In this document: positions 30,763 to 39,550 of the stretch, piece after piece
How positions within the stretch are numbered: the first letter of the stretch is position 1
Layout of the letters: every line of letters begins with the position of its first letter
Origin: an uncultured Clostridia bacterium
GTDB lineage: Bacteria > Bacillota > Clostridia > Oscillospirales > Acutalibacteraceae
Assembly: GCA_947627055.1 (NCBI GenBank)
Contig: CANQUS010000009.1
Coordinates: 1,029 to 65,028 of the forward strand
DNA: 64,000 bases
Direction of reading: 5' to 3'
Notes under the pieces: model-generated
Seen by the model: only the letters and a program-made list of their open reading frames with translations
What the model was told of the DNA's origin: nothing
The model's database searches: none
Position numbers and translations under genes: made by a program

Positions 30763-31659
30763 TTACATAATTATCGAGATTATGAGCATTTGTTTAAGCC
30801 TTTCGTATATTCCGTCAAGCATTGATACCTGAAGCGGGTTTTCACCCCTTCCGATCTCAACAGTGAAACCGGGTCGGTTAAACGTCTCAACGAACCAATC
30901 CTTAAATCCTCCTCCTACCGCAAGTCCGTCAGGCTCACTGAGCTTATATCCGCTAAGCTCAGCCAAAAGCTCGCCCTGCAGCCTTGCGATCTCCGGCGAG
31001 TAATCCCCGAAGCTCCAGTATATCTCCTCGCCCTGACTGTGGAACGCAAGCGCACGGATAAAGCTCGTATTTCTGCAAAGTCTTGCCAGCGCTCTGCTTT
31101 CAGGCTCGCTCTCAGGACTCATCCCTCCGTATCTTGTCGGCGCGGGAGCGGTTATTCCGTTTTTCATCTCAAGGGATTTCAACGCTTTCCAGCCTGCATT
31201 AAAGTTATGATTTATATCTACTCCCGCCGCGTTTGCCTGCCATCGGCTTTCGCCGCCTATCCTACAAACACTTTCGCAGTATTCACCCGCGCTTTTCGCA
31301 CCGTGGATCGCAATTTCAACTCCATCAGGATTTATACATGGCACAACACACAGCATCCTGTCGCGAAATATCATATTGGCTCTAATCCCACAGAAAAAGC
31401 CTTTTTTGTACACCTTCTCTAAAAGCTCATCGAGGAATCTCAATATAACGAGCGTCGTAAGCCACTCCATGCCATGAAACGCACAGACAAACAGTACTTT
31501 CCTGCCCTCGCCTACGCTTACCATAGGTATCTCACGGCCGCAGAGGCTTTCTCCTATACAGCTTTTTCTCAAAAAGGGATACTTCAAAAAAAGCTCGCCC
31601 ATAAGCGCGCGCCTGTTTTCCTCGTCGGCAGGCGCGTACAGAATCCTTTTATCAAGCAC
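30763..31659 (-). CDS. M14 zinc carboxypeptidase (gamma-D-glutamyl-meso-diaminopimelate peptidase-like)
   Basis: 298-aa ORF with zinc motif FHGMEW (HxxE) and a later H in ALAFHSQG. Confidence 0.75.
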   Translation of the reverse strand: MLDKRILYAPADEENRRALMGELFLKYPFLRKSCIGESLCGREIPMVSVGEGRKVLFVCAFHGMEWLTTLVILRFLDELLEKVYKKGFFCGIRANMIFRDRMLCVVPCINPDGVEIAIHGAKSAGEYCESVCRIGGESRWQANAAGVDINHNFNAGWKALKSLEMKNGITAPAPTRYGGMSPESEPESRALARLCRNTSFIRALAFHSQGEEIYWSFGDYSPEIARLQGELLAELSGYKLSEPDGLAVGGGFKDWFVETFNRPGFTVEIGRGENPLQVSMLDGIYERLKQMLIISIIM

Positions 31660-31802
31660 AATATCACCCCAAAATCATTTCCGTATATTTTATGCCGAAA
31701 ATTTTTGTCATATGAGCTATTTAAATTAAAAGCAAATTTCGAGTGTATGAGTGTATTTTATTTTCCTTTTTTGCCAATCCTCATATCAGAGGTGATTATT
31801 TA

Positions 31803-32198
31803 ATGAGAGAAATGGTTAAAAAGTTTTCAACTGCAACAATTTTCGACAAAAAGCTTATAATAATTTACGCGCTGAACGTAAGCGACTACATCCTTACGCT
31901 TCTCCTGCTTAACAGCGGTCTGTTTGCCGAATTAAATCCTTTGCTCAGCATACCGATAAACAACTTCTGGGGATTTGTGCTGAAATGTATCGTTCCGCTT
32001 GGCTTACTGCTCGTGGTACGTCACAGACTGCGCGATATAAGTACAAAGCAAATAAAGCCCGTATGGTATATTCTTGATTTTACCATAGGACTTTATGCGA
32101 TAATAAATATATTTCATGTGTTTTGGTTAATAATGACGACCTTTTATCTCATACCGCTTACGGAGCAAATAATAGCTCGGCTTTCAAGCGGAGGCTGA
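31803..32198 (+). CDS. small membrane protein (DUF5658-like)
   Basis: Four predicted TM segments. Likely ATG at 31803 (MREMVKKF). The family call is tentative. Confidence 0.55.
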   Translation: MREMVKKFSTATIFDKKLIIIYALNVSDYILTLLLLNSGLFAELNPLLSIPINNFWGFVLKCIVPLGLLLVVRHRLRDISTKQIKPVWYILDFTIGLYAIINIFHVFWLIMTTFYLIPLTEQIIARLSSGG

Positions 32199-32245
32199 CC
32201 GAGCATATGTGATCTGCTCGATCTGTTTGTATTTACCTGATAGGT

Positions 32246-32353
32246 GAAATCAATATTTATGTCTGCGTTTGAGGCAAATATCCTAACAAGCAGTATGATA
32301 AAACAAAAAGGGTATGAAATCAATATTTATGTCTGCATTTGATGTAAATATCC
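32246..32353. repeat. 38-bp direct repeat (3 mismatches) spanning the 3' end of the DUF4097 gene
   Basis: Copies at 32246-32283 and 32316-32353, both starting gaaatcaatatttatgtctgc. Confidence 0.8.
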
Positions 32354-33323
32354 GAAGTGATTTATCAGCTTTGCTGTTTCCACGGCCGTATACATTGTTG
32401 TTTCCGTTGGAGGTGCCGCTCTCGATAGCATAATCCCCGTCATTCCCGACTACTGTCGCGTTTATTCCGCCGTTGCTTGAATACATCTCGATTTTATCTG
32501 ATTCGACAGACTTAATATATATTCCCGCGTTATGCGTTTCCGCGTAAAACGAATCATACGCAGCCACGCTTCCCGCTTCAATTCTTCCGTTCGAGGTATC
32601 AAGCTTGACGAGACCGGATTCAACATCCGCGCAATTTATTTGTCCGTTTGAGGTAATTATCTCTAAGCTGCCGCATCTGACGTCACCCGTATCACAGCCC
32701 CCGTTGCTCGTACCAAGCGTCACATTATCAGCAATAAGCCTCCCTGCCTTTATGCCCGCATTCGAGGTCGCGCACCTGACATCGCCGTTTATTTCTCCGC
32801 TGACCGATATTGAAGCGTTGGAGGTCGTAAGCTCCAGACTATCGGCATATATCCCCTCGGCGCTAATAGCGCCATTGCTTGTAATAATGCGGAGCTTCAG
32901 ATCCCTACATTCCTTTGGAAGCTCTACGACCGCCGTGAGACGACTCCTCTTGATCCCATGCATGATACCGTCAAGACCGAAAAGGCTGTTTAAAACCTCC
33001 CTGCCCGCGTCAGGCTTATCGCTAAACGTTAATACTCCGTTGTTATCGACTATAACCGCCTTGCTGTTTTCGCTTTCATAGTATGTTATTTTTATTTCAC
33101 CGCTGTCATCGTCACGATAACGAAGCTCTGCCTTCATATTTTCCGTATTAAGGTCAACAGCCGTGATCTTTTCCGCGCTTACGGAATACGATTTCTTAGT
33201 ATATTTACCGTCCAAGTCGAGCATCTCAATATCAAAGCCGACTGTGATAAGAGCCGTCAGCATTATAAGCAATCCGACCGCGCCGACGATTCCCGAGACC
33301 GTGAGCAACCTTTTAAGCTTCAT
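32283..33323 (-). CDS. DUF4097 beta-strand-repeat protein (putative adhesin family)
   Basis: 346-aa ORF with an N-terminal TM and repeated TSNG/TSNA-x-I strands. Confidence 0.75.
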   Translation of the reverse strand: MKLKRLLTVSGIVGAVGLLIMLTALITVGFDIEMLDLDGKYTKKSYSVSAEKITAVDLNTENMKAELRYRDDDSGEIKITYYESENSKAVIVDNNGVLTFSDKPDAGREVLNSLFGLDGIMHGIKRSRLTAVVELPKECRDLKLRIITSNGAISAEGIYADSLELTTSNASISVSGEINGDVRCATSNAGIKAGRLIADNVTLGTSNGGCDTGDVRCGSLEIITSNGQINCADVESGLVKLDTSNGRIEAGSVAAYDSFYAETHNAGIYIKSVESDKIEMYSSNGGINATVVGNDGDYAIESGTSNGNNNVYGRGNSKADKSLRIFTSNADINIDFIPFLFYHTAC

Positions 33324-33895
33324 ATCCTGACAGCCTCCTTCACATATGTTTGTTTATACGCTTTACAAATGCTGATGGTGATCTTTATACAAAGTCGGAT
33401 AAACTTCCACGCCCCGAACGCAATAAAAACTCCGAGCGCCATAGCGAATAAAGAAGCTCCAAGATTGAAAAGTCCGACCGCAAGATCCTTAGCAAGTACA
33501 AAAAACGAGCCAAGAAAGTAGAATACTCCTCCCAACTGGCACCCGACAGCAGCTAATGCAAACGACACAGCTAAAACATAAAGGACTGCCAACGCAATGA
33601 TAACAAAAGGAATTAAAATCGAGAACCCTATGATCCGTCCGACGCTCAGCTTCCCGTCGCTGTGCTCGGTATGCTTTTCATGATCATGCGATTCTGAGAG
33701 TATCTTTGCCGCAAGCTCCTTCGGCTCGCCAAACTGTTTCAGTACCTCCTGCTCTGTGATCCCGGACTCGAGCTTATCACTTATAAGTTCTGAATAATAC
33801 TCTATGATCTTGTTTCTTTCATCTCTTTCGAGAGGTGAAAGATGACGCTTAAGCTGTTTTAAATATTCAATCTGATCCATCCTGTACCTCCGCAA
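33320..33895 (-). CDS. DUF1700 membrane protein
   Basis: 191-aa ORF with N-terminal helical DUF1700 (YLKQLKRHLSPLERDERNKIIEYYSELI) plus C-terminal TM segments. It overlaps both neighbouring genes. Confidence 0.75.
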   Translation of the reverse strand: MRRYRMDQIEYLKQLKRHLSPLERDERNKIIEYYSELISDKLESGITEQEVLKQFGEPKELAAKILSESHDHEKHTEHSDGKLSVGRIIGFSILIPFVIIALAVLYVLAVSFALAAVGCQLGGVFYFLGSFFVLAKDLAVGLFNLGASLFAMALGVFIAFGAWKFIRLCIKITISICKAYKQTYVKEAVRI

Positions 33896-34187
33896 TAAAT
33901 CTGTAAATTTTGTCGATCTGTTCCCAATCTGTCAGAAATTCGTTTATTCGGCGTAATCCCAAATCGGTTATATTATAATACTTTCTCAATCTCCCGTTAT
34001 GCTCACGGGAATCCACCGTAAGGCATCCCGAGCTTTGCAGACGCCTTAAAATCGGATAAAGCGTCGATTCGGAAATTTCAACCTTTGGCGATAAGTCATT
34101 GATTATTTTATATCCGTAGCTCTCCCCCTTTGTGAGAACCTTTAAGACACAAACCTCAAGCATTCCCTTTTTTAACTGTGCATCCAA
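33867..34187 (-). CDS. PadR family transcriptional regulator
   Basis: 106-aa ORF with winged helix GYKIINDL...STLYPILRRL. Confidence 0.85.
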   Translation of the reverse strand: MDAQLKKGMLEVCVLKVLTKGESYGYKIINDLSPKVEISESTLYPILRRLQSSGCLTVDSREHNGRLRKYYNITDLGLRRINEFLTDWEQIDKIYRFIAEVQDGSD

Positions 34188-34228
34188 CCAAGCATCCCCT
34201 TTCCGCAGATCTATTTACCTCTTTATGT

Positions 34229-34255
34229 ATTATACTATATCATACATAGTATAAT
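34229..34255. promoter_or_regulatory. candidate PadR operator (perfect 10-bp inverted repeat, 7-bp spacer)
   Basis: attatactat (34229-34238) and atagtataat (34246-34255) lie upstream of padR. Confidence 0.5.
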
Positions 34256-34342
34256 GTGTCAAGAGGTATTTCTGTAAAAATATAAAAAATCCGACAAAGG
34301 ATACCAGCCGTTTCCCTGTCGGATCAATAATTTACATTATAT

Positions 34343-34579
34343 TTACTGTCTGCGTATAACAAATATCGTAACCCCTCGATTAAGTCCGAATATCTTCCGT
34401 TCAATTTTGGAGTTTGAATATCTGCTTACCATATCGCGCAAAGCAGTCCCCCCTCGGTATCCGTGAATGATCTCGACCTCCCGAACATCACACGGCAGAG
34501 TCTTTAACGTATTTGTAATAAGCGCCCTTGCACTATCGACGGTATGACCGTGCAGGTCTATCTCTATTGAGTACGGCAT
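34343..34579 (-). CDS. Smr-domain protein
   Basis: 78-aa ORF with IDLHGHTVDSA...IIHGYRGGTALR. Confidence 0.75.
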   Translation of the reverse strand: MPYSIEIDLHGHTVDSARALITNTLKTLPCDVREVEIIHGYRGGTALRDMVSRYSNSKIERKIFGLNRGVTIFVIRRQ

Positions 34580-34590
34580 ATTGTATTCCC

Positions 34591-35070
34591 CTAATCAAGT
34601 GTAATATCTTCCGTCTTTCCCCCGACAAAGCTTATCAGGTCGTTCGGCGCAAGCTCTATCTGACAGCCGATTCTGCCCGCGCTGACTATTATACTTTCTA
34701 TACTCTCGGCGCTCTTGTCAAAGACCGTTACAAACCGCTTTTTCATTCCGATCGGTGAACAGCCGCCTCTGATATATCCCGTGACCTTATTTATATCCTT
34801 TACCGGGATCATCTCGACGTGCTTTTCGCCTACAGATTTAGCCGCCTTTTTAAGATCGAGTTCTTTTAATACAGGAATCACAAAAACATAGTAGTCCCTT
34901 CCCGCTCCCTTTGTCACAAGCGTCTTAAAGACCTCATTGGGATTTTGCCCCATTTTTTTGGCCACGGACGCGCCGTCAATAGCTCCGTCACTGTGGTCAT
35001 ATGTATGGACCCGATATGGCAGCTTTGCCTTATCAATAATACGCATCGCGTTTGTTTTAAATTCAGCCAC
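34591..35070 (-). CDS. ybaK: Cys-tRNA(Pro)/Cys-tRNA(Cys) deacylase YbaK
   Basis: 159-aa ORF with YbaK/EbsC editing-domain features (KTLV...GGCSPIG). Confidence 0.8.
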   Translation of the reverse strand: MAEFKTNAMRIIDKAKLPYRVHTYDHSDGAIDGASVAKKMGQNPNEVFKTLVTKGAGRDYYVFVIPVLKELDLKKAAKSVGEKHVEMIPVKDINKVTGYIRGGCSPIGMKKRFVTVFDKSAESIESIIVSAGRIGCQIELAPNDLISFVGGKTEDITLD

Positions 35071-35342
35071 TTAAAATCAATCCCTTTTGTAATATCACGC
35101 AAAGCACCGTATAAACGCTTTCCGGGTATGTCAATATTGCATATGAATAATATAAATTTCTAACGCTGATTTGTCAATAATTAAATTGAGGCGGCAATAT
35201 GGACCGAACCCATAAAATCAGCAATATACAAACGCCTGACATGACAGAATAAACGAAGCTCCATTTTGTACTGTCAATACAAAATGGAGCGATCCATATT
35301 TCAAGTCTCTTTTGGCTTATATTCGCTTATAACATTGCGTAT

Positions 35343-36506
35343 TTATTTACAAAGTTCGTCTGCGAGAGTTTCGAGAGAGGATATTGTTTCGGGCTTTACC
35401 GTTGACCTGACGGTTACTACCGTATCGCAAAGAGTAATATCCTTCATAGTTTCAATTATGCCCTTCATTGTACGAGCGGCAGACGGTGCCCACGAGCCGT
35501 TTTCGATGATTGCTACTGTTCGGTTTTGGTAGTTCTTTGCTTTCAGATGGTGCAGGAAGTCCTGCATAACGGGAAATACTCCGCCGTCATATGATGAAGC
35601 GGCAAGAACAAGTCTGTCATATCTGAAGGCGTCCTCGACAGCCTCCGCCATGTCATCACGCGACAGGTCGGCTATCGCAACCTTGGGCGCACCCTTAGCC
35701 TTTAACATCTCGGCAAACTGCTTTGCCGCCGCCGCTGTGTTGCCGTGTATGGATGCGTAGGCGATAAATATGCCCTTGTCCTCGGGAGAATAGCTGCTCC
35801 ATGTATTATATTTATCAATATAGTAACCGAGGTTTTCTTTAAGTATAGGACCATGGAGCGGGCATATTACAGATATGTCGAGTGCGGCTGCTTTTTTGAG
35901 GAGAGACTGAACCTGTGCGCCGTATTTACCTACAATGTTAAAGTAATAGCGCCTTGCCTCGCACGTCCAGTCCTCGTCAACGCTCAATGCGCCGAATTTT
36001 CCGAAGCCGTCAGCAGAGAATAGGATCTTCTCGCTTTCCTCATATGTTACCATGACCTCAGGCCAGTGTATCATCGGAGCCATAATAAATTTGAGAGTAT
36101 GCGAACCGATATTAAGTGTATCGCCCTCTTTGACGGTAACGGTTCTGTCTGTAAGGTCTATATCAAAAAACTGAGGTATCATCGCAAAGGTCTTTGCGTT
36201 GCCGACAAGCTTCATTTCGGGAAATTTCCCGGCAAGGATTTGAATGCCTGCGGCGTGGTCAGGCTCCATGTGCTGAACCACAAGGTAGTCTACACTTCTG
36301 CCTCCGAGCGCCTCGTCGAGGTTTTTAAGCCATTCGTCGGTTTTACGACTGTCTATCGTATCCATTACGGTGACCTTCTCATCGAGAATGACGTAGGAGT
36401 TGTATGATATACCGTTCGGAACGATATACTGGCTCTCGAAAAGATCTATATCGAGATCGTCTGCTCCTATATATTTTACAGTATCCGTAATTTTTGTCTT
36501 TTCCAT
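35343..36506 (-). CDS. FprA-type flavodiiron protein
   Basis: 387-aa ORF with a metallo-beta-lactamase-like domain (HMEPDHAAG) followed by a flavodoxin-like domain. Confidence 0.85.
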   Translation of the reverse strand: MEKTKITDTVKYIGADDLDIDLFESQYIVPNGISYNSYVILDEKVTVMDTIDSRKTDEWLKNLDEALGGRSVDYLVVQHMEPDHAAGIQILAGKFPEMKLVGNAKTFAMIPQFFDIDLTDRTVTVKEGDTLNIGSHTLKFIMAPMIHWPEVMVTYEESEKILFSADGFGKFGALSVDEDWTCEARRYYFNIVGKYGAQVQSLLKKAAALDISVICPLHGPILKENLGYYIDKYNTWSSYSPEDKGIFIAYASIHGNTAAAAKQFAEMLKAKGAPKVAIADLSRDDMAEAVEDAFRYDRLVLAASSYDGGVFPVMQDFLHHLKAKNYQNRTVAIIENGSWAPSAARTMKGIIETMKDITLCDTVVTVRSTVKPETISSLETLADELCK

Positions 36507-36630
36507 TTTTCTTTTCCTCCTGATTTACAAATTTTACATAAATATAATACCACATTTTTTATGTAATACAAGGAATATAAAAAAATTCTATGAACACTTC
36601 GTAAAAAACTGAAAAAATTTTTAAAAAATA

Positions 36631-36659
36631 TTGACAGAGCTTTGCTTCTATGATATAAT
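36631..36659 (+). promoter_or_regulatory. sigma-A type promoter for the tRNA
   Basis: TTGACA (36631-36636), 17-nt spacer, TATAAT (36654-36659). Confidence 0.7.
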
Positions 36660-36698
36660 CCATAATGCACTGTTGAGGAACAGCGGTGTGTGATATAC

Positions 36699-36775
36699 GG
36701 GGCATTAGCTCAGTTGGTTAGAGCAACCGGCTCATAACCGGTCGGTCCGGGGTTCGAGTCCCTGATGCCCCACCA
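36699..36775 (+). tRNA. tRNA with anticodon CAT (elongator Met, or Ile2 if lysidine-modified)
   Basis: Cloverleaf read by eye: acceptor GGGGCAT/ATGCCCC, D-arm AGCTCAGTTGGTTAGAGC, anticodon stem-loop ACCGG-CTCATAA-CCGGT, T-arm GGGGTTCGAGTCCC, encoded CCA. The D-loop looks Ile-like, so identity is ambiguous. Confidence 0.9.
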
Positions 36776-36799
36776 GCGGCGAACAGCCGCACACTATTA

Positions 36800-36830
36800 C
36801 GCGTTCGAGATTTATCGAGCGCGTTTTTTT
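36800..36830 (+). terminator. rho-independent terminator after the tRNA
   Basis: cgcgttcga / tcgagcgcg followed by T7. Confidence 0.75.
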
Positions 36831-37009
36831 GTCCATGTTTTGAAAATATCCTTGATCAGCACTTGCCCGCAAAAATCTCTCATTTTATCCCGATAGACTT
36901 AATTCATTTGAACGAATAATGTGCTTTTGTATCGGCATTTTTATTTACATCAAGTCGAATATCACCTCATAAATAAGCAAATAATATTTTTGAAAGTGAG
37001 GTTTTGACT

Positions 37010-37678
37010 ATGTTTAAACATGAAAAAATGCTATTCCATCCGGTCGAGGTTGAAAGAGCGAATCCGCAATATGCAGTGCTTATGCAGGAACAGCTTGGAG
37101 GTGCGAACGGCGAGTTGAAAGCAGCCATGCAGTATATGTCGCAAAGCTTCAGAATAAAGGATCCCGAAATAAAGGATCTGTTTCTTGATATTGCGGCAGA
37201 AGAACTGGGACACATGGAAATGGTAGCGCAAACTATCAACTTGCTCAATGGTCATGATGTTGACGCACATTCGGTACCGAGCGGAGAGATCCAGACTCAC
37301 GTATTATTAGGTCTTAATCCGGGACTTATAAATGCCTCGGGTTACTCATGGACGGGAGATTATGTATCGGTGACCGGCGACCTGTGCGCCGATCTGCTTT
37401 CAAATATTGCGTCGGAGCAGAGAGCAAAGGTTGTTTATGAATATCTTTACAGACAAATAGACGATAAAAAGGTTAAAGAAACAATAGACTTTCTGCTGAA
37501 TCGCGAGGAAGCACACAACGCCATGTTCAGAGAGGCGTTCAATAAGGTACAGGATACCGGTTCAAACCGTGATTTCGGTACAACAAAAGCCGCCAAAATG
37601 TATTTCAGTATGTCCGAGCCGTCACCTTCGGATAATTCCTTTGCGGAAGCAGATGTCAAAGCTCCTGCTTTTAAATGA
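37010..37678 (+). CDS. manganese catalase family protein (full length)
   Basis: Begins MFKHEKMLFHPVEVERANPQY...GGANGELKAAMQYMSQSF...EELGHMEMV. ATG 37010 lies after AAGTGAGG. Confidence 0.85.
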   Translation: MFKHEKMLFHPVEVERANPQYAVLMQEQLGGANGELKAAMQYMSQSFRIKDPEIKDLFLDIAAEELGHMEMVAQTINLLNGHDVDAHSVPSGEIQTHVLLGLNPGLINASGYSWTGDYVSVTGDLCADLLSNIASEQRAKVVYEYLYRQIDDKKVKETIDFLLNREEAHNAMFREAFNKVQDTGSNRDFGTTKAAKMYFSMSEPSPSDNSFAEADVKAPAFK

Positions 37679-38116
37679 TTATTGACATTTGCTTTAAGCT
37701 AATCCGACATTTTTTTAATAAGCTTTAAAATAAGTGTTGAAGCAATCAAGCAGAGCCCGAAAGGAAAAATAAAAAAAGCAGAGCATATTTGACAAAAATC
37801 CGTAAAATGGAGATAAACAATAAACCATAAACGGAGGACGAATATGCTCTATTTTATATTATTTTTACCGAAAAATTTATTGGATTGCAAAAGTTAAATT
37901 CAAAATTGCCGCAAAGGAATCGTTAATTCTTTCTCCACACCTTCTGCAACAGATTTACAGAATGCCGTGGCAGCAAAATCAAGCTTTTACAAATAAACTC
38001 TTACGACTGTGGAAATTTCAGAAATCGCATTTTATATATTTTTTCTTGCCGACAACTAATCAAATAAAGCCTGTGCGGTGCAATGTCCCGCACAGGCTGA
38101 TTTATATTAAAGTCGA

Positions 38117-38686
38117 TTATTTCATAAGCTCCGCGCCGGCGTTCCATGCCTGACCGACTTTTTCGCCTATAGAGTAATATCCCGATTGGAACTGGTCGAA
38201 TACAAGGGCTTTCACTTTTCCGGGGTCGATTTTACCGTCATCCGAAAGTACCTTTTCATCAACGCTCACATTAACGATTTTTCCGACAACAGCGTGGAGG
38301 TTTTCGGTTTCGACTATCTCGGCAAGCTCACACTCGATAGTCACGGGAAATTCCTCGATCATCGGAGCGTTTACAAACTCGCTCTTTACAGCATGAAGAC
38401 CTGTACGTTCGAACTTATCGCTCATTTCGTTGCCTGTTGCAATGCCAAAGAAATCAGCAGCCTCCATATGTTCCGTATCCGCGATCGCTACGGTAAAAGC
38501 CTTTACCTTACGGATATTTTTTGTGGTCTTGTGACCCTCGTCGATAAAGAGGGCAATTTTATCCGTATCGCTTATCATTGCCCAAGCCGCGTTCATTGCG
38601 TTTACCTTGTTATTTTCGTCATATGCCGCGATAATTGTAACAGGCATAGGAAACAACGCTGGCTGTACGCCTAAGTTTTTTCTCAT
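38117..38686 (-). CDS. flavin reductase-like (FMN-binding split-barrel) protein
   Basis: Likely start MRKNLGV (38684-38686) after GGAGG. The track ORF extends to 38746. Confidence 0.7.
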   Translation of the reverse strand: MRKNLGVQPALFPMPVTIIAAYDENNKVNAMNAAWAMISDTDKIALFIDEGHKTTKNIRKVKAFTVAIADTEHMEAADFFGIATGNEMSDKFERTGLHAVKSEFVNAPMIEEFPVTIECELAEIVETENLHAVVGKIVNVSVDEKVLSDDGKIDPGKVKALVFDQFQSGYYSIGEKVGQAWNAGAELMK

Positions 38687-38735
38687 AGTTGATACCTCCG
38701 TAAAATTATTATATTTAAATCGTCCGCTTGCAGTT

Positions 38736-39236
38736 TTAACTGGCAAACAGCTTTTTTACAAGAAAAATGCCAATGTCGGTCGCGGTTATCGCGAGCCATA
38801 CTACAATAATAAAAAGCACTATTGAGCCTGCGCGAACCCAAAAGCGTTTTCGCGGACTCATTTCTTCGTCGGTGTTTTCTATTTTTATATCATCGGGTAC
38901 TGTGAGAGTGTTATCCTGCGGCTTCATAGCTCCTATTCCGATAAGGACATCGCAGGCGTGGTTATAGGCGGCGAGGGGGATCATAATAATATTCTCTCCA
39001 TTGTCTGCATTGTTGAGGATCTTCATGTTTACGTTGCCCCTTGCTTCCTGAACCGAGCATGGGATACCCTCGTCCTCAAGAGCGGCTTTAACGCGCTCAA
39101 GCTCAAAGCCGCCCGTGGTTATAATTGCAACGGGAGATTCGCCTGCGGGATGCTCGACGAGTTTTTTGCCGCATTCGGAACATATGTTATTTTCTGTATC
39201 ATAAATTTTCTTACATCTGAAACAATATTTGATCAT
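38736..39236 (-). CDS. zinc-ribbon / DUF2007-like membrane-anchored protein
   Basis: CFRCKK...CSECG zinc ribbon, a small alpha/beta domain and a C-terminal TM segment. Likely start MIKYCFRC. Confidence 0.5.
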   Translation of the reverse strand: MIKYCFRCKKIYDTENNICSECGKKLVEHPAGESPVAIITTGGFELERVKAALEDEGIPCSVQEARGNVNMKILNNADNGENIIMIPLAAYNHACDVLIGIGAMKPQDNTLTVPDDIKIENTDEEMSPRKRFWVRAGSIVLFIIVVWLAITATDIGIFLVKKLFAS

Positions 39237-39550
39237 AATCAGAGACGCGCAGGCTGACGTCGGAACCACCTTTCAAAGGTTAAATTGTTTGTAATATTAT
39301 AATACATTAACAGTAATTTTGTCAAATTAGCAACAATTTTTTAAAACGCTGTAAAAGTATACAAACCGCCGGCTAAAAGTTTGGTGAAATCAGCCTAAAA
39401 GTTTTTTAAGAATGAAAATAATTTTAATAAACCTTGCAAAGACGCGAAAAATGTGCTATATTTATCTCAAATTGAATATATGCTCTCGGTATTACATAAA
39501 TTTTACAGAGAACACATTCAATAAAATTAAATTCTTAGGAGGAAAACACA

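Noticed and set aside
36699-36830. The tRNA as an integration site for a downstream island
   Set aside because: I did not find a second copy of the tRNA 3' end downstream by eye. No integrase is adjacent. The serine recombinase is 17 kb away and abuts a different target.
37010-37678. The Mn-catalase gene as the missing 5' half of the truncated cotJC-like gene
   Set aside because: It is a complete gene with its own N-terminus, metal-ligand motifs, C-terminal extension and stop. Its sequence is clearly diverged from the 54.8-kb copy.
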